A DNA stretch of 64,000 bases. Source: Octopus vulgaris. Lineage: Eukaryota. Location of the stretch: positions 67,146,001-67,210,000 of the forward strand of contig OX597823.1 in assembly GCA_951406725.2 (NCBI GenBank), in the 5' to 3' direction. This document shows, piece by piece, positions 53,034 through 64,000 of this stretch (position 1 is the first letter of the stretch; the number at the start of each line of letters is the position of its first letter). The notes under the pieces were generated by a model, which was not told the origin of the DNA, did not search any database, and saw only the letters and a program-made list of their open reading frames with translations. Position numbers and translations under genes: made by a program.

Positions 53034-53222
53034 TATATAATATAATTCGAGACAAAACCACTATTTTAAAACCAAACAATTTATTTATTTTATTTATTTA
53101 TTTATTTATTTATTTTATTTATTTAATTTATTTATTTAATTTATATTAAAATTTTATGTATTGATTAAGTCTTTCCTTGTTTGGTTTTAAAATAGTGGTT
53201 TTGTCTCGAATTATATTATATA
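53034..53222. repeat. 46-bp perfect inverted repeat with AT-rich spacer
   Basis: TATATAATATAATTCGAGACAAAACCACTATTTTAAAACCAAACAA (53034-53079) and its exact reverse complement (53177-53222). Confidence 0.9.
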
Positions 53223-53579
53223 TATATATATATATACAGGCAGTGAGAGAGAAAGAGTCAGCAGGTGAGACCCAGAGATGCTCACTATGAAAAACACGTA
53301 GAAGTATTCAAATGATTTGATCTTACACACACAAATCTTTATCAAGGAATACGTCCGTGGTGCAATGAACGACTATAAGAGGAATCCATGAGAGATAACA
53401 TGGAGATAATGATGCAAATACTGAAAACACGTAAAACTGTTTTGTAGATATATAAATCTCCACATGCTTATATATGAATCTTCCTCTCCTGAATATTTCT
53501 AGCTTTCGTTTCTCTCAATTTATATTCCTATATGTACATATATTTACATGTATATATATGAATATATATTTTATATATC

Positions 53580-53950
53580 AAGACGAAGCGTGTTTATTCG
53601 CTTTTTAGATATGACAGTACCAGCTGATCAGAATATCTCAGTAAAAAAAATTCGAAAGATTAGATTAATACAAGAACCTATAGATAGAAATCAGCAGAAT
53701 ATAGATACTGAAAACAATTCCTCTACCGATTGTTGTAGTAGGAGTACCCAGCATGGTTTAAAAAAAGGGTCTTCAATTTTCATTGATAAATTACCTGGAA
53801 TATTGAATATACACAATATCCAAAAGTTTGCGCTAGCCTCAACAACTCATCTCTTGAGAAAATTTCTATACTTATAACATACTTACTAGCCTTAGGTCTC
53901 AGGTAGAGACTTGGCTAAAAACAAAAATGTACCGAAATCAAGCTAAACTA
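53580..53950 (+). pseudogene. R4/Dong-like LINE RLE domain and 3' end remnant
   Basis: LDMTVPADQNISVK...IEISRI...PIVVVG...KKGSSIFIDKLPGILNIHNIQKFALASTTHLLRKFL*. Confidence 0.78.
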
Positions 53951-53974
53951 TAAAATATGATAATAACAAAGCTT

Positions 53975-54325
53975 GAAGTTAGGGTGGAGGGTGTAGTCAT
54001 TGCATCAAACCCAGCGTACAACTATTTCTTCTTTCATCGACCTCAAAAGGATGAAAGGCTTAGTCGACCTCGTCAGAATTTGAACTCGAAACTTAAAGAC
54101 GAACGAAATACAGTTAAACATTTCGTCCAGGGTGCTAAAGATTTTCGCCGCCTTAAAACAGCAGAGTTAATCCTTTCTAATTTCAGCACAAGGCCTGAAA
54201 TTTGGTAGGAAGGGGGCCAATCGATTAGATCGACCCCAGTACGCAACTGAACACACTGGACTTGATGCAATAAGACTCATCCCCACCCCTAAAATTGCTG
54301 CCCTTGTGCCAAAATTTTAAACGAT
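53975..54325. mobile_element. SINE family A fragments (-, -, +) between the two RLE remnants
   Basis: AAGGATGAAAGGC..AGTCGACCTCG..AGAATTTGAACTC (-); GCACAAGGCCTGAAATTT (-); AAAATTGCTGCCCTTGTGCCAAAATTT (+). Confidence 0.75.
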
Positions 54326-54369
54326 TATATCAACTGTTAGTTAACTGAATAGTCAGCGCCCTAGACGCT

Positions 54370-54635
54370 ATGAAGATTGAAAACCCTTTTTTTTAACCAT
54401 GTCTGGTGCCCCTACTACAACAACCGATAGAGTAAATGTTTTCAGTTTCTACATTCTGCTGATTTCTATCTCCAGGTCCTTTTATTTACCTAACTTTTCA
54501 AATTCTTTGACTGAGATATTTCGATCAGCTGGTACTGTCATATCTATTAGATAACAGACATTTCGTTCTTGATCCTTGACAAAAATGCCAGGTCTATTCG
54601 CATTTAACTGCTTGTCATTATGGATGGCAACATCA
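54370..54635 (-). pseudogene. R4/Dong-like LINE RLE domain remnant, inverted relative to 53580-53950
   Basis: Minus translation DVAIHNDKQLNANRPGIFVKDQERNVCYLIDMTVPADRNISVKEFEKLGK*KDLEIEISRM. Shares AGATATGACAGTACCAGCTGATC with the plus copy. Confidence 0.8.
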
Positions 54636-54670
54636 TATGATCATTAATATTATGATTATTATTATTATTA

Positions 54671-54720
<50 letters not shown>

Positions 54721-55074
54721 ATTTTTTTTTAAATTTTTATTATTATTATTATTATCATTATTATTATTATTATTATTATTGTTATTGAAATAGAGTTTGC
54801 TGAATTCACCATCGAGGAAATGTTAATCGCTTGCAATATCCATGGTAATGAAATCTGACGTCATCTTTTCAATCTTAGAATGGAACGTAGAAAAGTTGCA
54901 CATCTCTGACGATGTAGCAGTAAATATTCCTTATGTACTTTGCATTATGAAAACAATTATAATTCTATGTAAATGAAACAAATTCAACATGGTGTAAGTG
55001 AATATCTAATAAACAAACACTTAAATTTAGTTTCGTCTTGTTTGTCGTGTGTGTCTGTGTGTGTGCGCGTGCGC

Positions 55075-55109
<35 letters not shown>

Positions 55110-55620
55110 TACATATATACACATACATATATAAACGCACGTGCACACACACACATACTCATATATATACAGATATAGAGACGTGCAGATGGATAGGTAA
55201 ACAGCTTAATAGACTATATATAAATACATAGCTTCTTATATACAAATACCTATTTGTGAGTATATGTGAGTGTCTGTGTGTGCGCGCGTTTGTATGTGTA
55301 TGTGCGCGCGTCTGTAGGTGGGCTTGTTTCTGTAGACGCACACACATACATAGATAGACAGACAGATAGACATGTATATAAACATATATATATATATATA
55401 TATAAGCATGTATATGTGCAATTATATGTGTGTGTGTGTGCGTGTGTGTATAGATGTTGTGTATATATGCATCTATATGTATAGACAGAAGTATATACAA
55501 ACACTAACAGATAATAATCTAATAGAAATTTTCTTTGTGTTTTATTTTTATGAATAATATCTTGTAAAGCTATTTCGTTCGTGTTACCCCATTTATATTT
55601 GAAAGATGACTTGTGGAAGC

Positions 55621-55779
<159 letters not shown>

Positions 55780-56548
55780 TACAAATATACACATACACAC
55801 ATATATATATATGCACACACGCATATATCTATCCATTTATCTATCTATCTATCTGTTAAACCTATATATATATATGCGCGCACTCGCACACATACTCACA
55901 CACACATAGATATGTATACGTATAGATAGATAAATATATATATATATATATTACATATACACACATACACACTCATATATATATATATATATCTAAATAC
56001 TACATATACATACACACATATATGTGCATGTATATATAAGCATATGTATGCATGTAAGGGAACCTGAATGACAAGATTAGGAAACGAACACGTTTCTCAC
56101 GCATCGAAATCGCTCAGTTAAATTAACAAGTACCCCAACTTTGAAAGAATACAAAACGATCTCGTTGAGTTCACATATCAATAACATGTAAGAAGCCATG
56201 TTCAGATAAAAGATGAAATAGAATTTCTAGGATGCATGTAATAATTCTCTATATTATTGTAGACGTATTTTATTGTATGTTTAAAAGAATATATTTATTG
56301 GTATCGTGTTGAGGAAGGATAAGTTTAAAGTGGTATCAAAGTTTCTATTATTATATCAATGAATCAATGATTTCTGTGAAGCGTCCTTTATTATTGGCAA
56401 TGTGACAGACTGTATTTGGTTTTCTTTTTTCACAATTATGTTTTTAATAGTTTCTTTTATGTAACCAATGCTTTTAACTTTCCACTCACATCGAGGTATA
56501 ATAAAATATGAACTCAACGAGACGCGACGTACAGAAACATAGAACATT

Positions 56549-56586
<38 letters not shown>

Positions 56587-57042
56587 TATGTGTGCACACG
56601 TGAGCAACTCTTTGTGTGTATTACATCAAACTAACGAACAACATGATGATTGTAACTAATAGAGGTAAAATAGAAAATAAGATCGACAGAATAAGTAGAA
56701 AATATAGAAGTAATAAATGCCACAGCAAGAAACGGAGAGACAAAGATTGCTGAACAAAGACGTTCAGTGAGAAAAGAAAAGAGCAACAGAAAGACAATCT
56801 GAGGAAGAGAGAAATAATGAAAGCCCCTCCCCCCCGGGGAGAGCGAGGATAGTGAAAAGGAGAAACGTGTATCCCTTTCAGTTTTAACTAGTCCAGTTAC
56901 GTTTTAGTTGCTTTCGCGTTATATTTAGCCTGGTTTGTTATTTGTATTATGTTTGTCTAACGAAGATGTTGCAGTGATAAGCAATTTCTAGTTGCAAAAT
57001 GTAGGAAAGTTGTAAAAACACCCCCCTATATATATATATCTA

Positions 57043-57111
<69 letters not shown>

Positions 57112-57184
57112 CCATGTTGATTCGCTAGCCTCTGCACGCATTTTTTTTCTCTCCTTGTTTCTTTCTGTGTTTCTTTTCTGTGTA

Positions 57185-57222
57185 TCTTTCTGTTGAAGAG
57201 CGTAGGCTCGAAACGTAAAAGA
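57185..57222 (+). ncRNA. Minimal hammerhead-like motif with core variant
   Basis: TCTTT-CTGTTGA-A-GAGC-gtag-GCTC-GAAAC-GTA-AAAGA. Stem I (TCTTT/AAAGA) and stem II are intact. Core reads CUGUUGA instead of CUGANGA. Confidence 0.5.
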
Positions 57223-58839
57223 CTTGTTTTATTTATATTCCTGAACGCCATCCTAATACAATTGTTTGTTTGTATTCCACCTGCCTTCGTCTTTTGTTTA
57301 TTTTCATAAAGCTTCACGTTATATATATATATATATATATATCCCTCTCTCCCTGCTCTCCCTCTCTCTTCTCTCTCTCACTAAACTCTTTTTTTTCCTC
57401 TCGCTCTGAGCATTTCAACCACCTTTGCTTTTGTGACAGCTTCACCCAGGCACTCTCGACTAACTCGCCTCTCCTGCTCCTATCACCCATGTTGTGTCCA
57501 GCTCCGCACTCAATAACACAGCCCTAATCAACGCTTTACTTTCCAAAATATTGAATCCATGGAATCTACGTCCAGCGTATGTTGTTTTGTTTTTTCCTTC
57601 GGACGTCAACTTCAACAGCTGAGGTGTAAAATTAACGGCATCAGCAACAGTGGATGCGGTAACTATGGACATTGCCCTTTCCTTCAGGCTTTTAAGTCAA
57701 CCACAGAACAAAAGCCTGTTGAACTAGTGAGGCTATTACAACTGAAATCTATCCTGGTCATCAATTGATAAAAATCTGCAAGAAAAACACAGATAAGAGA
57801 AGAGCCAGAATTCAAATGATTGTAACAGAGTTAATTCCCCTGAAGGCACTTAAAGGACCAGATAGTACGATTAAACTAGGCAATGAGATAACCTTGCATC
57901 GCACTATGCAATTGGGTCACAAACATATATTATTATTGTGGATGGTAAGAGCACATTTGAAACTTTTATTATTGGTTTTGTTGAATAGGTAAGACATGTC
58001 AGCCTCTAAGATCCTCCTTCTAGATCTCAACATCAGTGACTTACTGCTGCTGTTGTGGTTGTTTGCTTATTGTCGTCGTTATTGTGTTATTATTGTTGTT
58101 GTTGTTGAGCAGTCCTAATGTCAAAGCACACTAACTGTGACCATTCCATTTTAATCATTAGTAAATATATTATCTAATATGTACTTTCTTTCATTAAGAC
58201 ATAACGGGGTAATTCGAAGGACATTGGTTGCTGCTTTCTGTAGGTCGAGCAATCATCATCAGTGAGATGTTTTTTACACTATAGTACCTATTTAGAACGA
58301 AATTAGTTTAGACGTTTCTGACTTAGGCATCGGCTTGAGGCTAGGGGCCTAAAAACGGAAGTGGTTTACTATTACACCGTAAACGTGCAGTGAGATGGAA
58401 GTATCGAGAACTGGCAATATGAAATGAAATATCAAACGAGAGACAAATATGAAATTAAGTGTATTATTGATGACGAAGAGTTACCTGTTCTTGCTATGCT
58501 GTCGTTGACCTGGTTTAGCGCTCGATTTGTTCTGATAGAGCTAACTTATGATAAAAGGTGTTTCATTCAAGACCATCTCAAGGATGCATTGGCCAACGTT
58601 ATCTACTTTGCTTTAAACACTTGACAGTATGTAGTGATTTGAGAGAATGCGGCTGCTTTTTCTTGTTGATAGTGCGACCAAGTAAATTTGATATGTTGTT
58701 TGATCCATTTCAGGCAGCGGAAACCGAACAGTAAATCATTGGTTACTTCTTTTATCTAGTATGTCCACCGGAACACTTGACTACGAATGCTTTTATTGCA
58801 CTTGTATATATATATATATATATACGTATATGTCTTCTT

Positions 58840-59087
58840 TCTATGCACCCTTTTAAAGTCTAGCCAGACTCATGGGACGGTTTCCCGGTTTCAATGGTGT
58901 ATGTGTTCCACAGCTGAACGGGACGCCAGTCCATCGCAGCGTTACTCATTTTTGTCAGCTGAGTGGACTAGAACAACGTGAAATGAAGTGTTTTGCTCAA
59001 GAACGCAACGCGTTGCTCGGTCCAGGAATCGAAACCACAATCTTACGATCATGATGCTGACACCCTAACCACTAAGCCACGCGCCTC
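58840..59087 (-). mobile_element. tRNA-derived SINE family C
   Basis: Reverse complement begins GAGGCGCGTGGCTTAGTGGTTAGGGTG...GGTTTCGATTCC and has the same central domain as 12980-13225. Confidence 0.87.
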
Positions 59088-59090
59088 TAT

Positions 59091-59168
<78 letters not shown>

Positions 59169-60217
59169 GAAAGAAGGTTTGAAAATGCAATTTAAAAGAT
59201 GTTTATTTACTTTACCGGTTTCACTCTTTGGAAAAAGATTGTCAAAAGTAACATGTAGTTTGGTTGCGTTAATTATTGGCTGTTACAAATTGCTACATTA
59301 CATATATGCAGTCTTTGGTAACAGGGACATGTTAAGGACATAAAAAAGTTCAACAAGTTCCTTAAAATATTGGGCACAAAAGATCACTACATAAATAATC
59401 ATTCTCAAGGACATGCTTAAGATAGTTTCCAGAAGGAATTGATATTGGTATTGGTATTGTATCTGTATATTCAAACATGCACAGAATATTGGTTGACAAA
59501 CGGACACACATATACACACACCATCCTACCAGATCTTACAAACACACAGACGTATCTATTCACACCACATATGTATATATATACACACACACAAAGGCAC
59601 ACACACTCACCCCATCTTGACCCCTAAATCATTGATGCTTGAAGGAGAGACAAAAATGGTAAATTCTTTTCAGTTCCACATTACTCCTCCTTTCCCCCAA
59701 CCAAACACACCTACTGTATCCATTGAAATAGATAATATTCTTTTACGTTACCATGTTGGACAGGTCAGTTTTAGCTTCACTACTATTAAAGTAAATCTTT
59801 TTGAACTCATAATATTCTGTACGTGTATACCAATATTTACTGAACTTTTTTAATAATTCCTTCTGGAAATTATCTTGAGAATGTACAATATATTTGTTGT
59901 AATCTTTTGTGCCCATTATTTCAATGAGCTTGTTAAACTTTTTTATATTTTCAACATGCTCTTATCACCAAAGAATGTACATTTATATGGATTGTAGTAC
60001 TCTGTGTACTTTCGTATATAATTCCTCTCGTGCGGTACCCTACAACTCCACTTTGTTATATATATATATAAATTGGGAAATGTGTGAAATTCTTGGTTCA
60101 GTTGGATATATTTTAAAATGATTTCACTGGTAGACATTCAATATGTGACCGCGTGTGTATCGTTGGCGATTTTTTCCTCCGTCTTCCCTTCCTTGGATCT
60201 TTCCTTTTTCTATTTTT

Positions 60218-60244
60218 CTGACGAGGAGCTCCGCTCGAAACGTT
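60218..60244 (+). ncRNA. Minimal hammerhead ribozyme motif
   Basis: CTGACGA-G-GAGC-tcc-GCTC-GAAAC-GTT, the same architecture as the minimal HHRs of Penelope-like elements. Confidence 0.6.
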
Positions 60245-60336
60245 GCATCCTCATACTTTCTTTCCTTTCCTGAGCGTCTAATAACACTATACTTGTTCCA
60301 CGTCCTCGCGTTGTTTTCTCTTTGTGTTTTCATGTT

Positions 60337-60385
<49 letters not shown>

Positions 60386-61060
60386 TCTCCGATTTGAAGC
60401 GACATTTTTTTAAATACAAACAAATGACCAAAAATTATGAGCTAGACTTGTGTGCGTGTGTGTGTGTATGAATATATAATACAGACATATATGTGTGTGT
60501 TTGTGTGTGTATGTGCGTGTGAGCGTGCGTGTGTGCGCGCGTGTATATGATATGTGTGCATGTACACATATGTACATGTGTGTAATTATACATACACATA
60601 CATACATGTTTGGCTTGCTTTGGGATCACAACATACGAAGGAGTCGTCGGGATGCCATCGTATCATACCATTTTTCAATTTACTCCATCTGACGAGGCGG
60701 TGTGCTACGACCTGCGTCTCTGCTAATGATATATATGTCCGTTCCGTGACGTTGTCAGACACCTTTTCTTTCAAATTCCTCTCCTTTTTCCTCACTCCAT
60801 AGTTCATTACTCAGTAATTTTCACAAGGCTACCAATAGATCGTATTATATGGCCATACTATCTAAGCTCTCTTGACTTCAGCATCATGAAGAAAAAGATT
60901 TTATGGGGGTAGCTACATAATAACGATTGTTCCGCGAACACCTTCATTCCTGGCATGATCCAATTACGAAACGCCTACGATGCTGCATTACCATCTCATA
61001 TTCAATGCCTGTAGCTTCCCCTTTTTTACTACACAAACACTCATAATACCTATATATGTG

Positions 61061-61232
<172 letters not shown>

Positions 61233-61915
61233 ATATATATATGTATATATATGCATATATACATACATATGTATGTAAGTACATAAGTATGTATGTTTAT
61301 GACCAGATGAAGAGGGTTTTACAGCACAATGGCTCACAAATATATATATGTATATATATATATATATATATATGCATGTATGTATGTATGTATATATATA
61401 TGTATGTATGTAAGTACGCATGTATGTATGTTTATAACCACATGAACAGGGGTTTATAGCACAACGGCTCACAATCTTAAAGAGTAATTTATAAGTGAAA
61501 ATCTCAAAAGAATAATATATCTCTGGAGAATATATATATATACAAATGTCGATATATACAAATGTCGATCCTCTTTCAAGCTTTTGTTTTCATCCTTTAT
61601 CAACCACACAAATACAGATTTATGTTCATACCTCCGATAATTCTGTTTGTCGTTGATAAGCAATGAGAAGGAAAACTTGATAGAAGAATCGATTTCGGGT
61701 CTGAAACGATCGGCATTAACACCCACACACTCTCGGGTACATGCATACATATATACATATCTACAACTCTATATATGTTTATCTATTAATACACATATAT
61801 GTGTGTATGTGTGTGTGGGTGCGTGCGTGCGTGCTTGTATGTATATGTGTATGTATATAAATATATATATGTACTTATATGTAGATACATGCTTTTATAG
61901 TTGAATAGGTAGATT

Positions 61916-61949
<34 letters not shown>

Positions 61950-62070
61950 CAGACAGACAAACATATAGATAGGTCGTCAAACATATATATATATACATAT
62001 ATATAGTAGAAATATGTTACAAAAAGAAAATATAAAATACGTTACAAAAAGAAAATATAAGATACAAAAT

Positions 62071-62110
<40 letters not shown>

Positions 62111-62157
62111 AATAAATAAATGGAGTTAAACGCTGGTGTTATTCAAATTCTTTTACT

Positions 62158-62240
62158 TCCAACATATGTTTCGAAGATATCACTGGTATTATTCCAATTG
62201 AATAAAATGGTGTAAAACAATGTAATCTTCTCTTCAGGGA
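62158..62240 (-). ncRNA. Type I hammerhead ribozyme motif
   Basis: Minus strand: TCC-CTGAAGA-GAAGAT-[~46 nt]-ATCTTC-GAAAC-ATAT-GTT-GGA. All core nucleotides (CUGANGA, GAAA, GUH) are present, with a 6-bp stem II, a 2-bp stem III with palindromic loop and a 3-bp stem I. Confidence 0.7.
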
Positions 62241-63931
62241 TGCATACGTATATATGTATACGTATGCATGCATTCATACATGCACACATTAATACATACA
62301 TCCGCCCAGTGGATGTAAGCATAAATCTAAACCTGACCGTAAAAGTGTAGTTCAGAGTAGGTGTATCACCTACACTGAACTATTGAGAAATCTACTATTA
62401 CTCCTCCCATATTATAAATTACGGTTCATACCTGTAATTATTTGGGCACTGGGATATGTAACACTGCCTAAATACCAATCCTGACAAATTAGGCTTCTCA
62501 AAGCCAGAAAGGAGAAAGCTGATTCGAAGGCAACAGTTCACAGCCATCATTAGAATTGTAAAAAATTGCAATACGCACGTTCAGACATGTAAGTATATGC
62601 ATGAGAATATATATATAAAACAAAACATACAATTGTGCACATGCACTAACTCTAAATAGTGCACACATACACGCATACACGCAAAAATGTTATTGAAATT
62701 CCAGTGAAGGAGATTTGGATCTAGGTTAGATACTGACTCCTCTATTGGCAACGAATCTTGAGATAAAACTGCATAATTCATACATACATACATACATACA
62801 TACATACATACATACATACATACAAATATAAACACTTTTAAATGTATAGATGAGAGGAAGTATGCAAAATAGGTCGTAATACAGAGAAACATGATGCGTT
62901 TTGTATGTGTATGGGTGAGTGTTGACTATCTCGCCTACTCAGCACTTCTCGTGCATAAATAAATCTATGCTATTTATTTCCTGTTACATATAGAGTTTTA
63001 AACAATTGTGTATGGCTTTGACTGCACTGAAGCTTATATAGACCCAGGTGTGTCGAAATTTCGGACAATCCTTTGAACTAATTGCATATTCTCTATTAAG
63101 TGTGTGTGTTCTTACTTCATATGTACTTCATGACGATACAGAACTTAATTAACATTATTACATTGCATGTATCATGTTTCTGTTTCTTCCATTCATTCCG
63201 ACAAAATAGAATTAAATGAGCTTCCCGGGAACGAAAACTAGCATGTATGTCATTGAACTTACAAAATGTATGTATGTATATATACATCTATCGTTTTTTT
63301 GCCTGAAGTTGAATAAAGGAACTTGAATGATACAAAAAAAACTACATCCACATTTGTGTTGATATTTTAAATCTACAGACTACGTGCTAAAATTTGAGAT
63401 TCATCCAAGAGCGTTCTTTCCGTCAGAAAGCAATTCCTAAAAGAGAGAGAGAGAATGAGAAACAACGTAATGCGAGACATGAAATTACTAGCGTTAGTGA
63501 TATATCATCAACAGGTTATTACGAATCGCTGTTAGACAGTCTGGGTGAACTCTTTGAAGTGAGAAACTTCAAATTAGTTATTGAACTGTCCATAAGAGTT
63601 TTGGCATGGCCCCAAAACATTGCAGCAGAATTTACTCAGCTCAATATTCATTATTACTTTAGCAATTTCACATAACAACATGAATGCATATCGCATTTGA
63701 AGAGGGGTTTTTTTTTCTTATATTTTACTTTGATCAAAATATAGAGTATATCAGTTCTAATATTATCTTATGTTAATATTCACGCAAAATATATGGTTTA
63801 ATTTCAATGCGCATGCGAACTTAACTATCGGTATGCCCATGTCAGTATATATGTGCATTGTATTTATGTACCCATTAATAAAAATGAATATAAATACATA
63901 CATATAGACTCACACACACTCACACACACAT

Positions 63932-64000
<69 letters not shown>

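Noticed and set aside
57500-58010. Higher-complexity stretch with several 70-aa ORFs
   Set aside because: No recognisable protein motif or termini; cannot be assigned without a search.
60820-60920. Possible second, highly decayed 5S copy
   Set aside because: Only faint similarity (CTTGACTTCAGCATCATGAAGAA); I cannot align it convincingly by eye.

Overview
AT-rich eukaryotic non-coding DNA saturated with microsatellites ((TA)n, (CA)n, (TATG)n, (GATA)n, (CT)n, (ATT)n). The SINE families and repeat landscape point to a coleoid cephalopod, probably Octopus (inference from pattern recognition, no database search). I found no convincing host protein-coding exon, and almost all ORFs in the supplied track are microsatellite or SINE translation artefacts. 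The supportable content is mobile DNA: (1) a 5'-truncated but near-intact CR1-group LINE reverse transcriptase (38508-40567) inside a very large TA array; (2) decayed RTE, HERO-like and R4/Dong-like (RLE endonuclease) LINE remnants; (3) a mariner transposase relic, a non-autonomous Helitron and two hAT/Charlie-like MITEs; (4) dozens of copies of three SINE families; (5) one full-length divergent 5S rRNA gene (26143-26261, minus) apparently carried inside a hAT-like MITE. The most interesting signal is a set of hammerhead ribozyme (HHR) motifs: a complete type I core at 62158-62240, minimal or variant cores at 57185, 59207 and 60218, and a tRNA-headed SINE-like element carrying a HHR, present as a head-to-head pair at 32040-32540. 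These occur alongside several foldback elements next to TA arrays, which suggests a Penelope/retrozyme-like non-autonomous retroelement system.
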